Under the pieces are notes generated by a model that was not told the DNA's origin, did not search any database, and saw only the letters and a list, made by a program, of their open reading frames with translations. Of a stretch of DNA of 64,000 bases, positions 18,010 to 27,272 are shown piece by piece. Each line of letters starts with the position of its first letter. Within the stretch, counting starts at the first letter, position 1. The translations under genes were made by a program, and so were the position numbers. The stretch is from positions 57,408 to 121,407 of the forward strand of contig CALAIW010000003.1 of assembly GCA_937922705.1 (NCBI GenBank). The letters run 5' to 3'. Source of the stretch: an uncultured bacterium (GTDB lineage Bacteria > Atribacterota > Atribacteria > Atribacterales > Caldatribacteriaceae).

Positions 18010-18769
18010 CTTCTCAGGAAGGAGCGTTGTAGTTACCGGAGGAGCCCAGGGAATAGGAAAGGCAATAGCTCAGGCGTTCCTTGAGGCTTCTGCTTTTGTA
18101 TCGGTGTGGGATGTGGACAAAGAAGCCCTTGAAGAGCTTAACGAGGAATGGCAAAGATGGGAGAGACGGTACACCTTGGTGGCCTGCGACGTTTCTTCCA
18201 GTAAAGACGTGGAAAAAGCAGCACAAAGGGTCCAAGAAACCCAAGGAAGGGTTGATATCCTGGTCAACAATGCAGGAATCTTTCTCAATAAACCCATCGA
18301 TGAACTTACTGAAAGTGAGTGGGATAGGGTCTTAGGGGTCAACTTGAAAAGCATCTTCCTGGTCACGAAGTACCTTCTTCCTCTCTTTCGAGAAGGAGGA
18401 GCAATTATTACCATTGCTTCAACCAGGGCCCTCATGTCTGAGCCGCATACTGAGGCATACTCAGCCTCAAAAGGCGGCGTTCTCGCCCTTACCCACGCTT
18501 TAGCCATTTCCTTAAGCGAGCGAAGGATTCGGGTGAATGCCATAAGCCCTGGCTGGATTGAGACTTCCACCTGGAAGAAGCGGTCTTTGCGAAAAGAACC
18601 TGAACTTCGACCCATTGACCACTTGCAGCACCCTGTAGGACGGGTAGGAACTCCCGAGGATATCGCCTCGGCGTGCCTTTTTCTTGCTTCTCCTGCAGCG
18701 GGCTTCATCACTGGGGCAAACCTTGTCGTTGATGGAGGCATGACCGTAAAGATGATATATGCCCCTTAA
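18002..18769 (+). CDS. Short-chain dehydrogenase/reductase
   Basis: VVVTGGAQGIGKAIA, NNAG and YSASKGGVLALT (YxxxK). ATG 18002 overlaps the DUF72 stop. Confidence 0.88.
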   Translation: MYDFSGRSVVVTGGAQGIGKAIAQAFLEASAFVSVWDVDKEALEELNEEWQRWERRYTLVACDVSSSKDVEKAAQRVQETQGRVDILVNNAGIFLNKPIDELTESEWDRVLGVNLKSIFLVTKYLLPLFREGGAIITIASTRALMSEPHTEAYSASKGGVLALTHALAISLSERRIRVNAISPGWIETSTWKKRSLRKEPELRPIDHLQHPVGRVGTPEDIASACLFLASPAAGFITGANLVVDGGMTVKMIYAP

Positions 18770-18782
18770 GGGAGGGAAAGGG

Positions 18783-19403
18783 ATGGAAATCTTTGATATA
18801 TCCCTTGAGATTGCTGAAGACATGCCCACATACCGAGGGAGAAAGGAAAAAAAACCCAGGATTGAACGTGTCCGAACTCTTGAGGAAGGAGCAAACGAAA
18901 CTCGCCTCACCCTCGAAACCCACACAGGAACCCACATCGATGCGCCACTCCATATGCTCCCCCTTGCCACATCTATAGACCAGATTCCCCTCTCTCAGTT
19001 CATTGGGCCAGCAGTGGTTCTTGAAATCCGTAACCGCCCGGCCATCAATCGAGAAGACCTCGTACCCTTTGAACACTTTTTACTTCCTGGACACTTTGTG
19101 CTTTTCAAAACGGATAACTCCTTTACAGACCTCTCTCGAGATGACTTTGTATACCTTACAGAGAGTGCGGCAACTTTTCTTTCCCAGAAAAGCCTCAAAG
19201 GCATTGGCGTTGATGCTTTGGGAGTTGAGCGGAATCAACCAGGACATCCAACACACCGGATACTCCTTGAGGGTGGTCTTGTTGTGGTAGAAGGACTCTT
19301 CTTGCGCGATGTCCCTCAAGGGCTATACTTTTTTGTTGCCCTTCCCCTTAAAATCCGGGGAGGAGACGGGGCTCCAGCCCGGGCCTTTCTTGTGCGGATA
19401 TAG
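18783..19403 (+). CDS. Putative cyclase / kynurenine-formamidase-fold metal hydrolase
   Basis: HTGTHIDAPLH motif. Start set at ATG 18783 (GGGAGGGAAAGGG upstream). Confidence 0.75.
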   Translation: MEIFDISLEIAEDMPTYRGRKEKKPRIERVRTLEEGANETRLTLETHTGTHIDAPLHMLPLATSIDQIPLSQFIGPAVVLEIRNRPAINREDLVPFEHFLLPGHFVLFKTDNSFTDLSRDDFVYLTESAATFLSQKSLKGIGVDALGVERNQPGHPTHRILLEGGLVVVEGLFLRDVPQGLYFFVALPLKIRGGDGAPARAFLVRI

Positions 19404-19405
19404 CC

Positions 19406-20761
19406 ATGCGGACGCTTGTCTTCTTTGGTGCTACAGGAAATCTCTTTACTCGGAGAATACTCCCAGCTCTGGCTAACCTCTCCCGGGAGGAGGAATTCAC
19501 TGTCATTGCTTTAGGTCGCCGCTTCAACGACGTTGCATCGTACCGCTCCTTTGTTTTGCCGTTCTTGCCCGATTCTTCTCCACTTCTTGAACGTCTTGTG
19601 TACCTTCAGGGAGATATCCTCAATCCTAAAGAGCTCATTCCAAAACTCTCACCCTTGCTTCAAGAGGGGCCAATCTATTTTTACCTGGCAACGCTTCCAT
19701 CGCTCTATCGCTTGGCGCTATCCGCCATTAAGGAACTCGTCGCCTTGAGAAACCCAGAAGAACTTTTCATTGCCCTTGAAAAGCCTTTCGGAAAAGACAG
19801 GAGAGATTTCCTCAGTCTTAAGGAAGACCTAAGAAGTGTCTTCCCCGAAGACCACATCTTTTACGTCGACCATTACTTAGGCAAGGGTACCGTACAGAAC
19901 CTCATTATCCTCAAGGCTGAAAATCTCTTCCTTGAGCGGCTTCTTTCCCGAGAGTTCGTAAGCGAGGTCCGCATCGCCATTTTCGAGGAAGAGGGAGTGG
20001 GAGAACGGGCAGCCTTCTATGAGGAAACCGGAGCCATTCGGGACATTTTCCAAAATCACCTTTTGCAAATCCTCACCCTCTTTGCCGTAGATATCCCGCC
20101 TCTCTGTGACGAAGATCGGAGGGAATGCAATCGGTTCCTCATGCAACTCGCCGAGGAAAGAACAAAGCTCCTTACCTTCCTGCGCCTTCCAGAAAGTAAT
20201 CTCATAGAGCTTGGGCAGTACGCCGGATACCGGGATGAGGTGGGAAACACAGAGTCTCGACGAGAAACCTTCTTTTGCTTCCCTGTTTTTCTTGATACGG
20301 AACGCTGGAAGGGCGTACCTTTTTACCTTGCAAGCGGGAAGAAATTACAGGCAAAGCGTTCATTTATCGAGGTTCTCTTTCATTCTGCAGTTTCCCCACC
20401 AAACAGAATCTCCATCGAAATTCAGCCTGAGGAACGGATTGACCTCATGCTCTTTGTGCGAAAACCAGGAAGAAACCTCGATTCTCTCCCTGTGCGGTTG
20501 AATTTCGCTGCTTCGGGTACTTTTCAAGCTAAAAGTCCTGAAGCTTACGAAAAAATCCTCTACGACTTTCTCCATAATGACCGAACGCTTTTCCCCAGTT
20601 CCTCCTTTGTCGAGGAATCTTGGAAAGCCACCGAAAAGCTCCTGCACCTTCTTGAGGCTAATCCTCCGAAACTCTGTCGCTACCGGGAAGGTGTACTGAC
20701 ACCTGAAGCGCTTTTCACGGCGAAGCGGATTCCAGACGAAATGTGCCTCGAACGATTTTAA
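19406..20761 (+). CDS. zwf: Glucose-6-phosphate 1-dehydrogenase homologue
   Basis: FFGATGNLFTRRILPAL, LEKPFGKD and VDHYLGK signature motifs. At 451 aa it is somewhat short for the family. Confidence 0.8.
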   Translation: MRTLVFFGATGNLFTRRILPALANLSREEEFTVIALGRRFNDVASYRSFVLPFLPDSSPLLERLVYLQGDILNPKELIPKLSPLLQEGPIYFYLATLPSLYRLALSAIKELVALRNPEELFIALEKPFGKDRRDFLSLKEDLRSVFPEDHIFYVDHYLGKGTVQNLIILKAENLFLERLLSREFVSEVRIAIFEEEGVGERAAFYEETGAIRDIFQNHLLQILTLFAVDIPPLCDEDRRECNRFLMQLAEERTKLLTFLRLPESNLIELGQYAGYRDEVGNTESRRETFFCFPVFLDTERWKGVPFYLASGKKLQAKRSFIEVLFHSAVSPPNRISIEIQPEERIDLMLFVRKPGRNLDSLPVRLNFAASGTFQAKSPEAYEKILYDFLHNDRTLFPSSSFVEESWKATEKLLHLLEANPPKLCRYREGVLTPEALFTAKRIPDEMCLERF

Positions 20762-21329
20762 AGAACTCAGGATTGGTAAAATCTATATCGCTTCGAAAAC
20801 CCTCACTCTCGAGAAAGTGGTGCTTAAAATACGCTCGAACCCGGGAATTCGTGTGCACCACCTTTTCCTCGTTAAAGTACAAGAGCTCCTCTGTTTCAAG
20901 ACGGTCCCCTGAGGAGGATATAGCCGTAACCTCCTCAAGGAGCCGAATGTTGCTTTGGTGCAGATTGACTAATGCTCTTTTGCTCTTGAGCTTAGCCCGA
21001 AGAGTTCCATCGTCTTCAAAGACGAAAAGTTCAACCCCTCCTGTGCATTTCCCAACATTTCCCCCCTTGTCAAGCTCCATGACTCCAGCCTCAAGGAGAA
21101 ATCGGAGTACCCCTTTCTCCCAACCCCGGATACGAATGTTCTCGCTCACAATGGGAAAGGAAGCCGGGGCGACTTCTTCAGAAGCCCCGACTTCCTCACT
21201 AGAGGACATCGAACGGGGTGGAGAAGAAGAGAGAAGGAGAAAGACAAGGAGAAACCCCACTCCACAGAAAAGAAGAATTACGGGCCATCTATGATTCAAG
21301 CTCATAGGGCCAGCAGGCAATACCTCCAT
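20715..21329 (-). CDS. Membrane-anchored hypothetical protein, possibly LptC/OstA-like
   Basis: N-terminal TM (WPVILLFCGVGFLLVFLLL) followed by about 160 aa of beta-rich sequence. The LptC resemblance is pattern recognition only. Start is ATG 21329 or ATG 21305. Confidence 0.4.
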   Translation of the reverse strand: MEVLPAGPMSLNHRWPVILLFCGVGFLLVFLLLSSSPPRSMSSSEEVGASEEVAPASFPIVSENIRIRGWEKGVLRFLLEAGVMELDKGGNVGKCTGGVELFVFEDDGTLRAKLKSKRALVNLHQSNIRLLEEVTAISSSGDRLETEELLYFNEEKVVHTNSRVRAYFKHHFLESEGFRSDIDFTNPEFFKIVRGTFRLESASP

Positions 21330-23004
21330 CCATAACTTTCACATCCTTGAAACCGGCATGCCGGAGAATAAGAGATGCCTCATATCCTCGCAAGCTCGTA
21401 GCACAGAAAATCACAATCTCTTTGTCCTTAGGAAGCTCGTGGAGTCTTGCGGGAAGCGTCCCGAGGGGTATTAGGGTACTCCCTGGAATGCGAACTTTTT
21501 CGTATTCCTTAGGTGTCCGCACATCAAGAAGCACAAAGTCATCGCCTCGCTTCCGCTTGCGTTCGACTTCATGGGGTGCAATGCCCACCATCTTCCTCTC
21601 AATCTTATTCCGCAAAACGTTTGCTGCCACACAGACGTTATCAATTGCTGAAGCATAAGGAGGTGCATAAGGGATATCAAGACTTGAGAGATCTTCAACA
21701 ACACCTCCATAGTAGAGTGCTGTAGCGATAGTATAAATACTCTTTGTCACATCGCCCCGACCAATGATTTGGGCCCCAAGAAGCTTTCCACTTCTCCGAT
21801 CTGCTATGAGCTTCGTAATAACTTGCTTTGCTCCAGGGAAGTAGTGAGCCCTGTCTGGGGCAGGGACAAGGGCATACTCTGGATCGTATCCCAGATCCTG
21901 TGCCTGGCGAACGGTAAGACCTGTACGAGCGATGGTATAGTCAAAGAGCTTGAAAATGGCCGAATTCAGAGCACCCCGGAAGACTTCATTGCCTCCTGCG
22001 ATGTTAATCGCTGCTACTCGCCCCTCCTTGTTAGCCAAAGACCCCATTGGCATGTATGCTGCCTTCCCACAGACAAGGTTTTCAATTTCAACACAGTCTC
22101 CCACGGCGTAAATATACGGATCACTGGTACGCATGAGGCAATCAACTTTAATGCCTCCCGTTTCCCCTATAGCCAGGCCCGCTCGCTGAGCAAGATCAGC
22201 ATTGGGACGGAATCCAGTGGCTACGATAACGATATCCGCTTCATATGCACCCTTATCGGTAATGACCCTTCGAACTACGCCTCCTTGGCCTTCAAGGACT
22301 TCTACCCGTTCTCCAACACGTACTTGAACCCCCTGGGATTGGCAATATCGGCGCACAAGAATTCCCATATCTTCATCAAGAATGGGGAGAATTTCCGAAA
22401 GAACTTCTATAACCGTAACCTCAAGGCCACTTTTAACCAGGCTTTCAGTCATTTCCATACCAATGAGTCCGCCGCCAATAATGACGGCTTTTTTAGCAAG
22501 CTTCTCTGCGATGGTCCAGCGGATTGCTTCTGCATCCTCAATTCCATGGAGGGTGTAGACATGTCCAAGGTCTCTTGCGCTCACCACTGCCTCAGGATTC
22601 TCAAGGTCTACCGCTTTTATGGGTGGGAAAGAGGGTTTGGCACCGGTGGCGAGGACGAGATAGTCATAAGGAAGGGTGAGAATTTCTCCGGTGTCTATCC
22701 TTCGAGCTTCAACGATTTTCCTTTCTCGGTCGATTCGGAGAGCCTCCGTACGATTGTACACTTTAATGCTTTTTGATTTTTCAAAAAACTCTGGATCTCT
22801 GAGGACACCAACAGGAGTCTCCATAAGCTCCCGATACTCCTTAACCTCTCCACTCACATAGTAGGGGAGTCCACACCCAGCATACGACAGGAACTTTCCT
22901 CGCTCAATAATAGTGATTTCCGCATCACGATCAAGACGACGAAGCTTTGCCGCGACTTTCGGGCCACCCGCTACACCACCGATGATAACCACCCGCTTCC
23001 CCAT
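21289..23004 (-). CDS. CoA-disulfide reductase / NAD(P)H persulfide reductase with C-terminal rhodanese domain
   Basis: VVIIGGVAGGPKVAAKL, redox Cys in SYAGCGLPYY, second Rossmann AVIIGGGLIGME, rhodanese active site IVIFCATSLRG. Start set at ATG 23004. Confidence 0.85.
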   Translation of the reverse strand: MGKRVVIIGGVAGGPKVAAKLRRLDRDAEITIIERGKFLSYAGCGLPYYVSGEVKEYRELMETPVGVLRDPEFFEKSKSIKVYNRTEALRIDRERKIVEARRIDTGEILTLPYDYLVLATGAKPSFPPIKAVDLENPEAVVSARDLGHVYTLHGIEDAEAIRWTIAEKLAKKAVIIGGGLIGMEMTESLVKSGLEVTVIEVLSEILPILDEDMGILVRRYCQSQGVQVRVGERVEVLEGQGGVVRRVITDKGAYEADIVIVATGFRPNADLAQRAGLAIGETGGIKVDCLMRTSDPYIYAVGDCVEIENLVCGKAAYMPMGSLANKEGRVAAINIAGGNEVFRGALNSAIFKLFDYTIARTGLTVRQAQDLGYDPEYALVPAPDRAHYFPGAKQVITKLIADRRSGKLLGAQIIGRGDVTKSIYTIATALYYGGVVEDLSSLDIPYAPPYASAIDNVCVAANVLRNKIERKMVGIAPHEVERKRKRGDDFVLLDVRTPKEYEKVRIPGSTLIPLGTLPARLHELPKDKEIVIFCATSLRGYEASLILRHAGFKDVKVMDGGIACWPYELES

Positions 23005-23017
23005 ACCTACCACCCCT

Positions 23018-23290
23018 TTACCGGCTCCTTAAGGATTTCACCTCATTGTAGATTGTCCCAAGGCAAAAAAGCGACGCTCCTCCCACGAAAATCCCAAAAC
23101 CTCCGAGTATCCCACCAAAACCTCCAGCCCAAAGCATGCCGGAAAAGGGCATAAAGGGCTCACCGGGCACGGTTGATTGGTTAAGCGCCCCTATCCAACC
23201 CCCTACCCCAGAGAGGACAAGGATAGCAAAAGCAACCCCAAAACACATGGTGACAATACCCACAACGCGAAGAAAAGTTCCCATTCCCAC
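23018..23290 (-). CDS. Small Gly-rich membrane protein (hypothetical)
   Basis: 90 aa with three hydrophobic segments. Its stop is 13 nt before the CoADR start. Confidence 0.5.
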   Translation of the reverse strand: MGMGTFLRVVGIVTMCFGVAFAILVLSGVGGWIGALNQSTVPGEPFMPFSGMLWAGGFGGILGGFGIFVGGASLFCLGTIYNEVKSLRSR

Positions 23291-23408
23291 CCCTCCTTTC
23301 CCATTTTTCCCATTCTACTTCAAAAATCGCGCTGAAAAAAGTACATCCTTGCTCTCCCCAGGAAAAGAAGGTAAGATAAAAGAAAACGAGAAGAGAGGAA
23401 GGTCGTTC

Positions 23409-24080
23409 ATGGGGACAGTTGACCTCTGGCGAGAGATGCGGAAAAGCGTCGACCTTCTCATGCGATACCCCCAGATTATCCTTGCCGCTTTTCCCTCAGC
23501 TTTCCTTGTGAGTGTTGCAAACTTCCTCGTATGGGACCGAAGGTTCTCTCGAATCACCTTCTTTTTTCAGTGGGGGACAAGCATACTCCTTGTCCTTTGC
23601 GGTTTTTTCCTCGCCCTTCTTACCCTAGGTTTCATAACCTTTCTTTTCTGGGATTTTGAAGTTCGGGGTGAGATACGTTTCCGGCGATCCTTACGCATGT
23701 TCTCTCGAAGGTTTTACGAGATTTTCTTTGCTGCACTCATTGTGGGGTTTCTCGTGGGCTTCTTTTCTTTTTGGTTCTTCCTCCCAGGGCTCGTTTTTGG
23801 ATTCCTCCTTATGTTCACTATTCCTGCAGTAGTAGTCGAAGGGGATGATCCCTTCGGAGCAATTCGCCGAAGCTTTCACCTCGTTATAGAGAACCTTGGG
23901 GAGTGCTTCACTTTTACGGTCCTAGCCCTTTTCCTTCTCGTTATAGGGTACCTCCTCTTTTGGATTTTTGGCTTTGCCTCACTTGTTGGAATTGCAATAA
24001 ACACCATCCTTGGAGGAGCAATTCTTGCCTACCTTTCCGTGCTTCTCAGCCGTTTCTACCTCGGGCTTTCACGCTTTTGA
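23409..24080 (+). CDS. Polytopic membrane protein (hypothetical)
   Basis: Start set at ATG 23409 (MGTVDLWREMRK). The upstream part of track ORF 23136 is antisense to the gene at 23018-23290. About 5-6 TM segments. Confidence 0.55.
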   Translation: MGTVDLWREMRKSVDLLMRYPQIILAAFPSAFLVSVANFLVWDRRFSRITFFFQWGTSILLVLCGFFLALLTLGFITFLFWDFEVRGEIRFRRSLRMFSRRFYEIFFAALIVGFLVGFFSFWFFLPGLVFGFLLMFTIPAVVVEGDDPFGAIRRSFHLVIENLGECFTFTVLALFLLVIGYLLFWIFGFASLVGIAINTILGGAILAYLSVLLSRFYLGLSRF

Positions 24081-24859
24081 ACCGAAAACGTCGCAAGGTC
24101 AAGAACGAGCCCATCGTAAGCAGCAATAACCGGGAAACCGCATTTCTCCGTAAGGCGATTGGCGACCTCCCAAGGTTTTGCACGAAGGATGGTCATACCA
24201 AAATGGGTGAGAATGGCCAGACGGGGGCGAAGATGTACAAGGAGAACTTCCACCTCTGGGACACTCAGATGCAGAAGATCAGGGCTGTCACTCTTCTCAA
24301 GCCGCAAGGTATGTACCACAAGAACATCGCTTCCCTCATAAGCAGAAAAGAGTTTTTCGGTAAACTGTGTGTCTGTGACAAAGGAAATGACACCCTGAGG
24401 AAAGAAAAACTTGAATCCGTATGTCTCCACTCCATGGATGTGGCGAAGGGGTGTTGCAAAGCGTAGAGGGCCAAGAGTGTATTCGCCACCTTCTTCAAGG
24501 ATATGAATCCCTTCAAGATGTTCTCGAAGGTACTGCAAAACAATTGGCTCCTCTTCAAGGGCATCTCGGGGAAGAAAGAGGTGTCCCCGCACCTTTGTTG
24601 CTCCCTGAGTCATGGCTTCGACAATAATGTTCACATCGTTGGCGTGGTCAAGATGTCGGTGGGAGAGAAGAACCCCAGAAAGCGTTGCTGGATCAAGAGG
24701 AGGACGACTCGAAAGCGCCCGCACTAGAGCACCAGGTCCGGGGTCAAGGTGGACTGTTACCCCCTGAAAATCAATCCATACCCCCCCAGAAGCTCGGAGT
24801 TGTTTCATAACCACAAAGCGTGCTCCTGCTGTTCCGAGAAACTTTACGAAGTCCTTCAT
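24056..24859 (-). CDS. MBL-fold metallo-hydrolase
   Basis: LLSHRHLDHANDV (HxHxDH). Start set at ATG 24859 (MKDFVKFLGTAG) and is uncertain. TATAGT lies 7 nt upstream, so the leader may be very short. Confidence 0.75.
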   Translation of the reverse strand: MKDFVKFLGTAGARFVVMKQLRASGGVWIDFQGVTVHLDPGPGALVRALSSRPPLDPATLSGVLLSHRHLDHANDVNIIVEAMTQGATKVRGHLFLPRDALEEEPIVLQYLREHLEGIHILEEGGEYTLGPLRFATPLRHIHGVETYGFKFFFPQGVISFVTDTQFTEKLFSAYEGSDVLVVHTLRLEKSDSPDLLHLSVPEVEVLLVHLRPRLAILTHFGMTILRAKPWEVANRLTEKCGFPVIAAYDGLVLDLATFSVQKRESPR

Positions 24860-24896
24860 CACGACTACTATACTGGAAAAGAGGTGGAGCGTAAAG

Positions 24897-25427
24897 ATGA
24901 ACCTTCGCATTGTTATTTCCGGAAGGCCTGGAGTGGGTAAGACAACTCTTGTGCGACAAGTGCACGAGTGCTTTCCAAAACTCTTTCGAGGCTTTTACAC
25001 TGAGGAAGTCAGGGAAAAGGGTATACGGATGGGCTTTCGCATTGTAACGCTCTCAGGGAGGACAGGGACGCTTGCTGCACGGGGAGCATCGTCGCCCTTT
25101 CGGGTAGGAGAGTACGCTGTCTTTGTCCAGGAATTCGAAAACACTGCCATTCCCGAGCTTGAAGAAGCTCTAAAGTTTCGTACCCCTTGCCTCATCGACG
25201 AACTTGGCAAGATGGAGTTCTTTTCACAACGCTTTATGGAGATTCTGAAACCTCTTTGGGAAAAGGTGCCTCTCCTTCTTGCTACAACTCGCTTTCCTGC
25301 AATCCCCCAGGTTAAGGAATTCCTCACTCAGGAAGAGACGGTTTTGCTCTTTCTCACCCCACAAAACCGAGAGGAAGTTTTCACCCGGGTGGTACAAAAA
25401 ATACAAACGTTTACTCAGGGAGAATAA
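24897..25427 (+). CDS. THEP1-type nucleoside-triphosphatase
   Basis: IVISGRPGVGKTTLV Walker A and LIDELGKME Walker B, about 175 aa. GAGGTGGAG lies upstream. Confidence 0.75.
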   Translation: MNLRIVISGRPGVGKTTLVRQVHECFPKLFRGFYTEEVREKGIRMGFRIVTLSGRTGTLAARGASSPFRVGEYAVFVQEFENTAIPELEEALKFRTPCLIDELGKMEFFSQRFMEILKPLWEKVPLLLATTRFPAIPQVKEFLTQEETVLLFLTPQNREEVFTRVVQKIQTFTQGE

Positions 25428-26520
25428 CCCGGCTTTTCAGGGAGAGTTCCTCTACAATGGTCAAAGTAAGCGACCTTGCAAGGTCGATCTCCTCAACCAC
25501 AAAGCCGCCTTTACCGTCGGGAGTACGAACCTGAACATAAGGGCGAAAAGGCAAAACAGGATTCAAACGGCTCACCACTGCCTCTCGACCGTCCGAAAGA
25601 CGCACCACGTCACCTACCTGATATGGTGAAAGGCGCGAAACAAAAGTCCGAACAACTATATCATCAAGCTTATACCCCGCATTTCCCATGAGATACTCAA
25701 CAACCTCGGTAAGGGGAAGGGCTTTGCGATACGGCCGTTCTGAAGTCAGTGCTTCATATACGTCAGCTACGGCAACAATTCGGGCAAAGAGGTGAATCTC
25801 CCAGGGGTCAAGGTGCAAAGGATACCCACTTTTGTCAAGACGTTCATGGTGCTCAAGAGGCACAAACTTGACAAGGTCTTCAACACCTTTCTGCTCATCG
25901 AGAAGTTGCTTTGCTATAAGGGGATGTTGCTTCACCACTTGCCACTCACTCTGGTTTAAAGTCGTGGGCTTTCGAAGAATTTCTTGGGGAATCTTGAGCT
26001 TTCCAAGGTCATGCAATAGGGCCCCAAGACCAAGACGCACAAGCTCTTCTTCCTCAAGGCCAATAAATCTCCCGATAAAGAGGGCAATAATGGCAACATT
26101 TAAAGAGTGCGTGAAGGTATAATCATCGTGGCGCTTGAGTTGTACAATGGGAATGACGAGTTCTTCATGGGCACGAACCTCCTCAAGAATAGAGGTAACG
26201 TTCTCCTCAAGAGGTTCAAGAGATACGGAACAACCCTTTACTAGATTTTCCATGGTATCTTCAAGACATGAGAGGGTCTTGACTTTAGTCTCAAAGGATA
26301 CGTCCTCCTTTGCCGCTTCTTCTTGAATCTCCTCAACAATCTCTGCTATAACCGTTGTAAGGCCCCTTTGTTTTAAGCGTTTCAGAAAATGTTCCGTAAC
26401 GGTTTGTCCTTGAAAGAGGAGAACCCGGTCGTTCTCGTCAAGAAGGGTAAAAGGCATAGTAACACCTGCTTCAAGTTGACGCAGGGGTATGCGGATTCTC
26501 CTTACGCGTCGCATCACCAT
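25411..26520 (-). CDS. HD-GYP domain phosphodiesterase
   Basis: ALLHDLGKLKIP and HHERLDKSGYPL motifs. The start overlaps the recO stop by 7 nt. Confidence 0.85.
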   Translation of the reverse strand: MVMRRVRRIRIPLRQLEAGVTMPFTLLDENDRVLLFQGQTVTEHFLKRLKQRGLTTVIAEIVEEIQEEAAKEDVSFETKVKTLSCLEDTMENLVKGCSVSLEPLEENVTSILEEVRAHEELVIPIVQLKRHDDYTFTHSLNVAIIALFIGRFIGLEEEELVRLGLGALLHDLGKLKIPQEILRKPTTLNQSEWQVVKQHPLIAKQLLDEQKGVEDLVKFVPLEHHERLDKSGYPLHLDPWEIHLFARIVAVADVYEALTSERPYRKALPLTEVVEYLMGNAGYKLDDIVVRTFVSRLSPYQVGDVVRLSDGREAVVSRLNPVLPFRPYVQVRTPDGKGGFVVEEIDLARSLTLTIVEELSLKSRVILPE

Positions 26521-27272
26521 GAAAACTCACATCCCGCAAAAGAAGTGAAGCTTGGAACCCTTCCCTCCCCATGGTACGAGAGGTACCGGGAAAGAAGCAT
26601 ATCAAGAGATTGAAAAACCTGAGAATTCACTCTTGACTGGACCACACGCCCCAAGGGGACGTCAACGAGGTTACGCAAGAGCTGAAGCTCCTGCCAAGAA
26701 AGGAAAGAGAGCTCCTGTGCCTTTGTTGCACAAGTATCGCACACTATACCCCCCAAAGAGATACTAAAAGAGGCACACGCACTGTGGAGCTCCCGATGGC
26801 AAAGGACACACTCCAAAAGCTCCGGAAACACTCCAAGAACGCGAGCCACATCAAGCCGAAAGCGAAGAAGGAGAGGTTGGATTGAGCCTCCACACCGAAG
26901 AAAGGTCTCCCAGAGAAAGAGGATTTCTTCAAGTATTTTTTCCTCCGGTCGCTCAAAGGGAAAGAGACGATCCACAAGAAGGAGCACATATTCTCCTGCC
27001 ATCCAGCGAAGTGGTATCCGCACAAGATCCCGGAAAGTCTTTTTAATCTTTCCTTGGACTATAAGGGGCATTCCCCGTGTGGCGTAGAGAAGAAACTCGG
27101 AAAAAGAGAAAAAATCTAAAGAAGCTCCAAAACGATTGCCCATCTTCCGAGCACCTTTAGCAATGGCTTGCACCTTCCCCTTCTTTCTCGTGAAAAGAGT
27201 AACGATGCGGTCAATCTCTCCGAAGTCCACCGTTTTCAGAACGATTCCCTCATCGAGGCTATATCGACTCAC
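26514..27272 (-). CDS. recO: DNA repair protein RecO
   Basis: N-terminal OB fold (EGIVLKTVDFGEIDRIVTLFTRKKGKV), C-terminal Cys cluster CVLC...CDTC, and position after era. Confidence 0.85.
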   Translation of the reverse strand: MSRYSLDEGIVLKTVDFGEIDRIVTLFTRKKGKVQAIAKGARKMGNRFGASLDFFSFSEFLLYATRGMPLIVQGKIKKTFRDLVRIPLRWMAGEYVLLLVDRLFPFERPEEKILEEILFLWETFLRCGGSIQPLLLRFRLDVARVLGVFPELLECVLCHRELHSACASFSISLGGIVCDTCATKAQELSFLSWQELQLLRNLVDVPLGRVVQSRVNSQVFQSLDMLLSRYLSYHGEGRVPSFTSFAGCEFSW

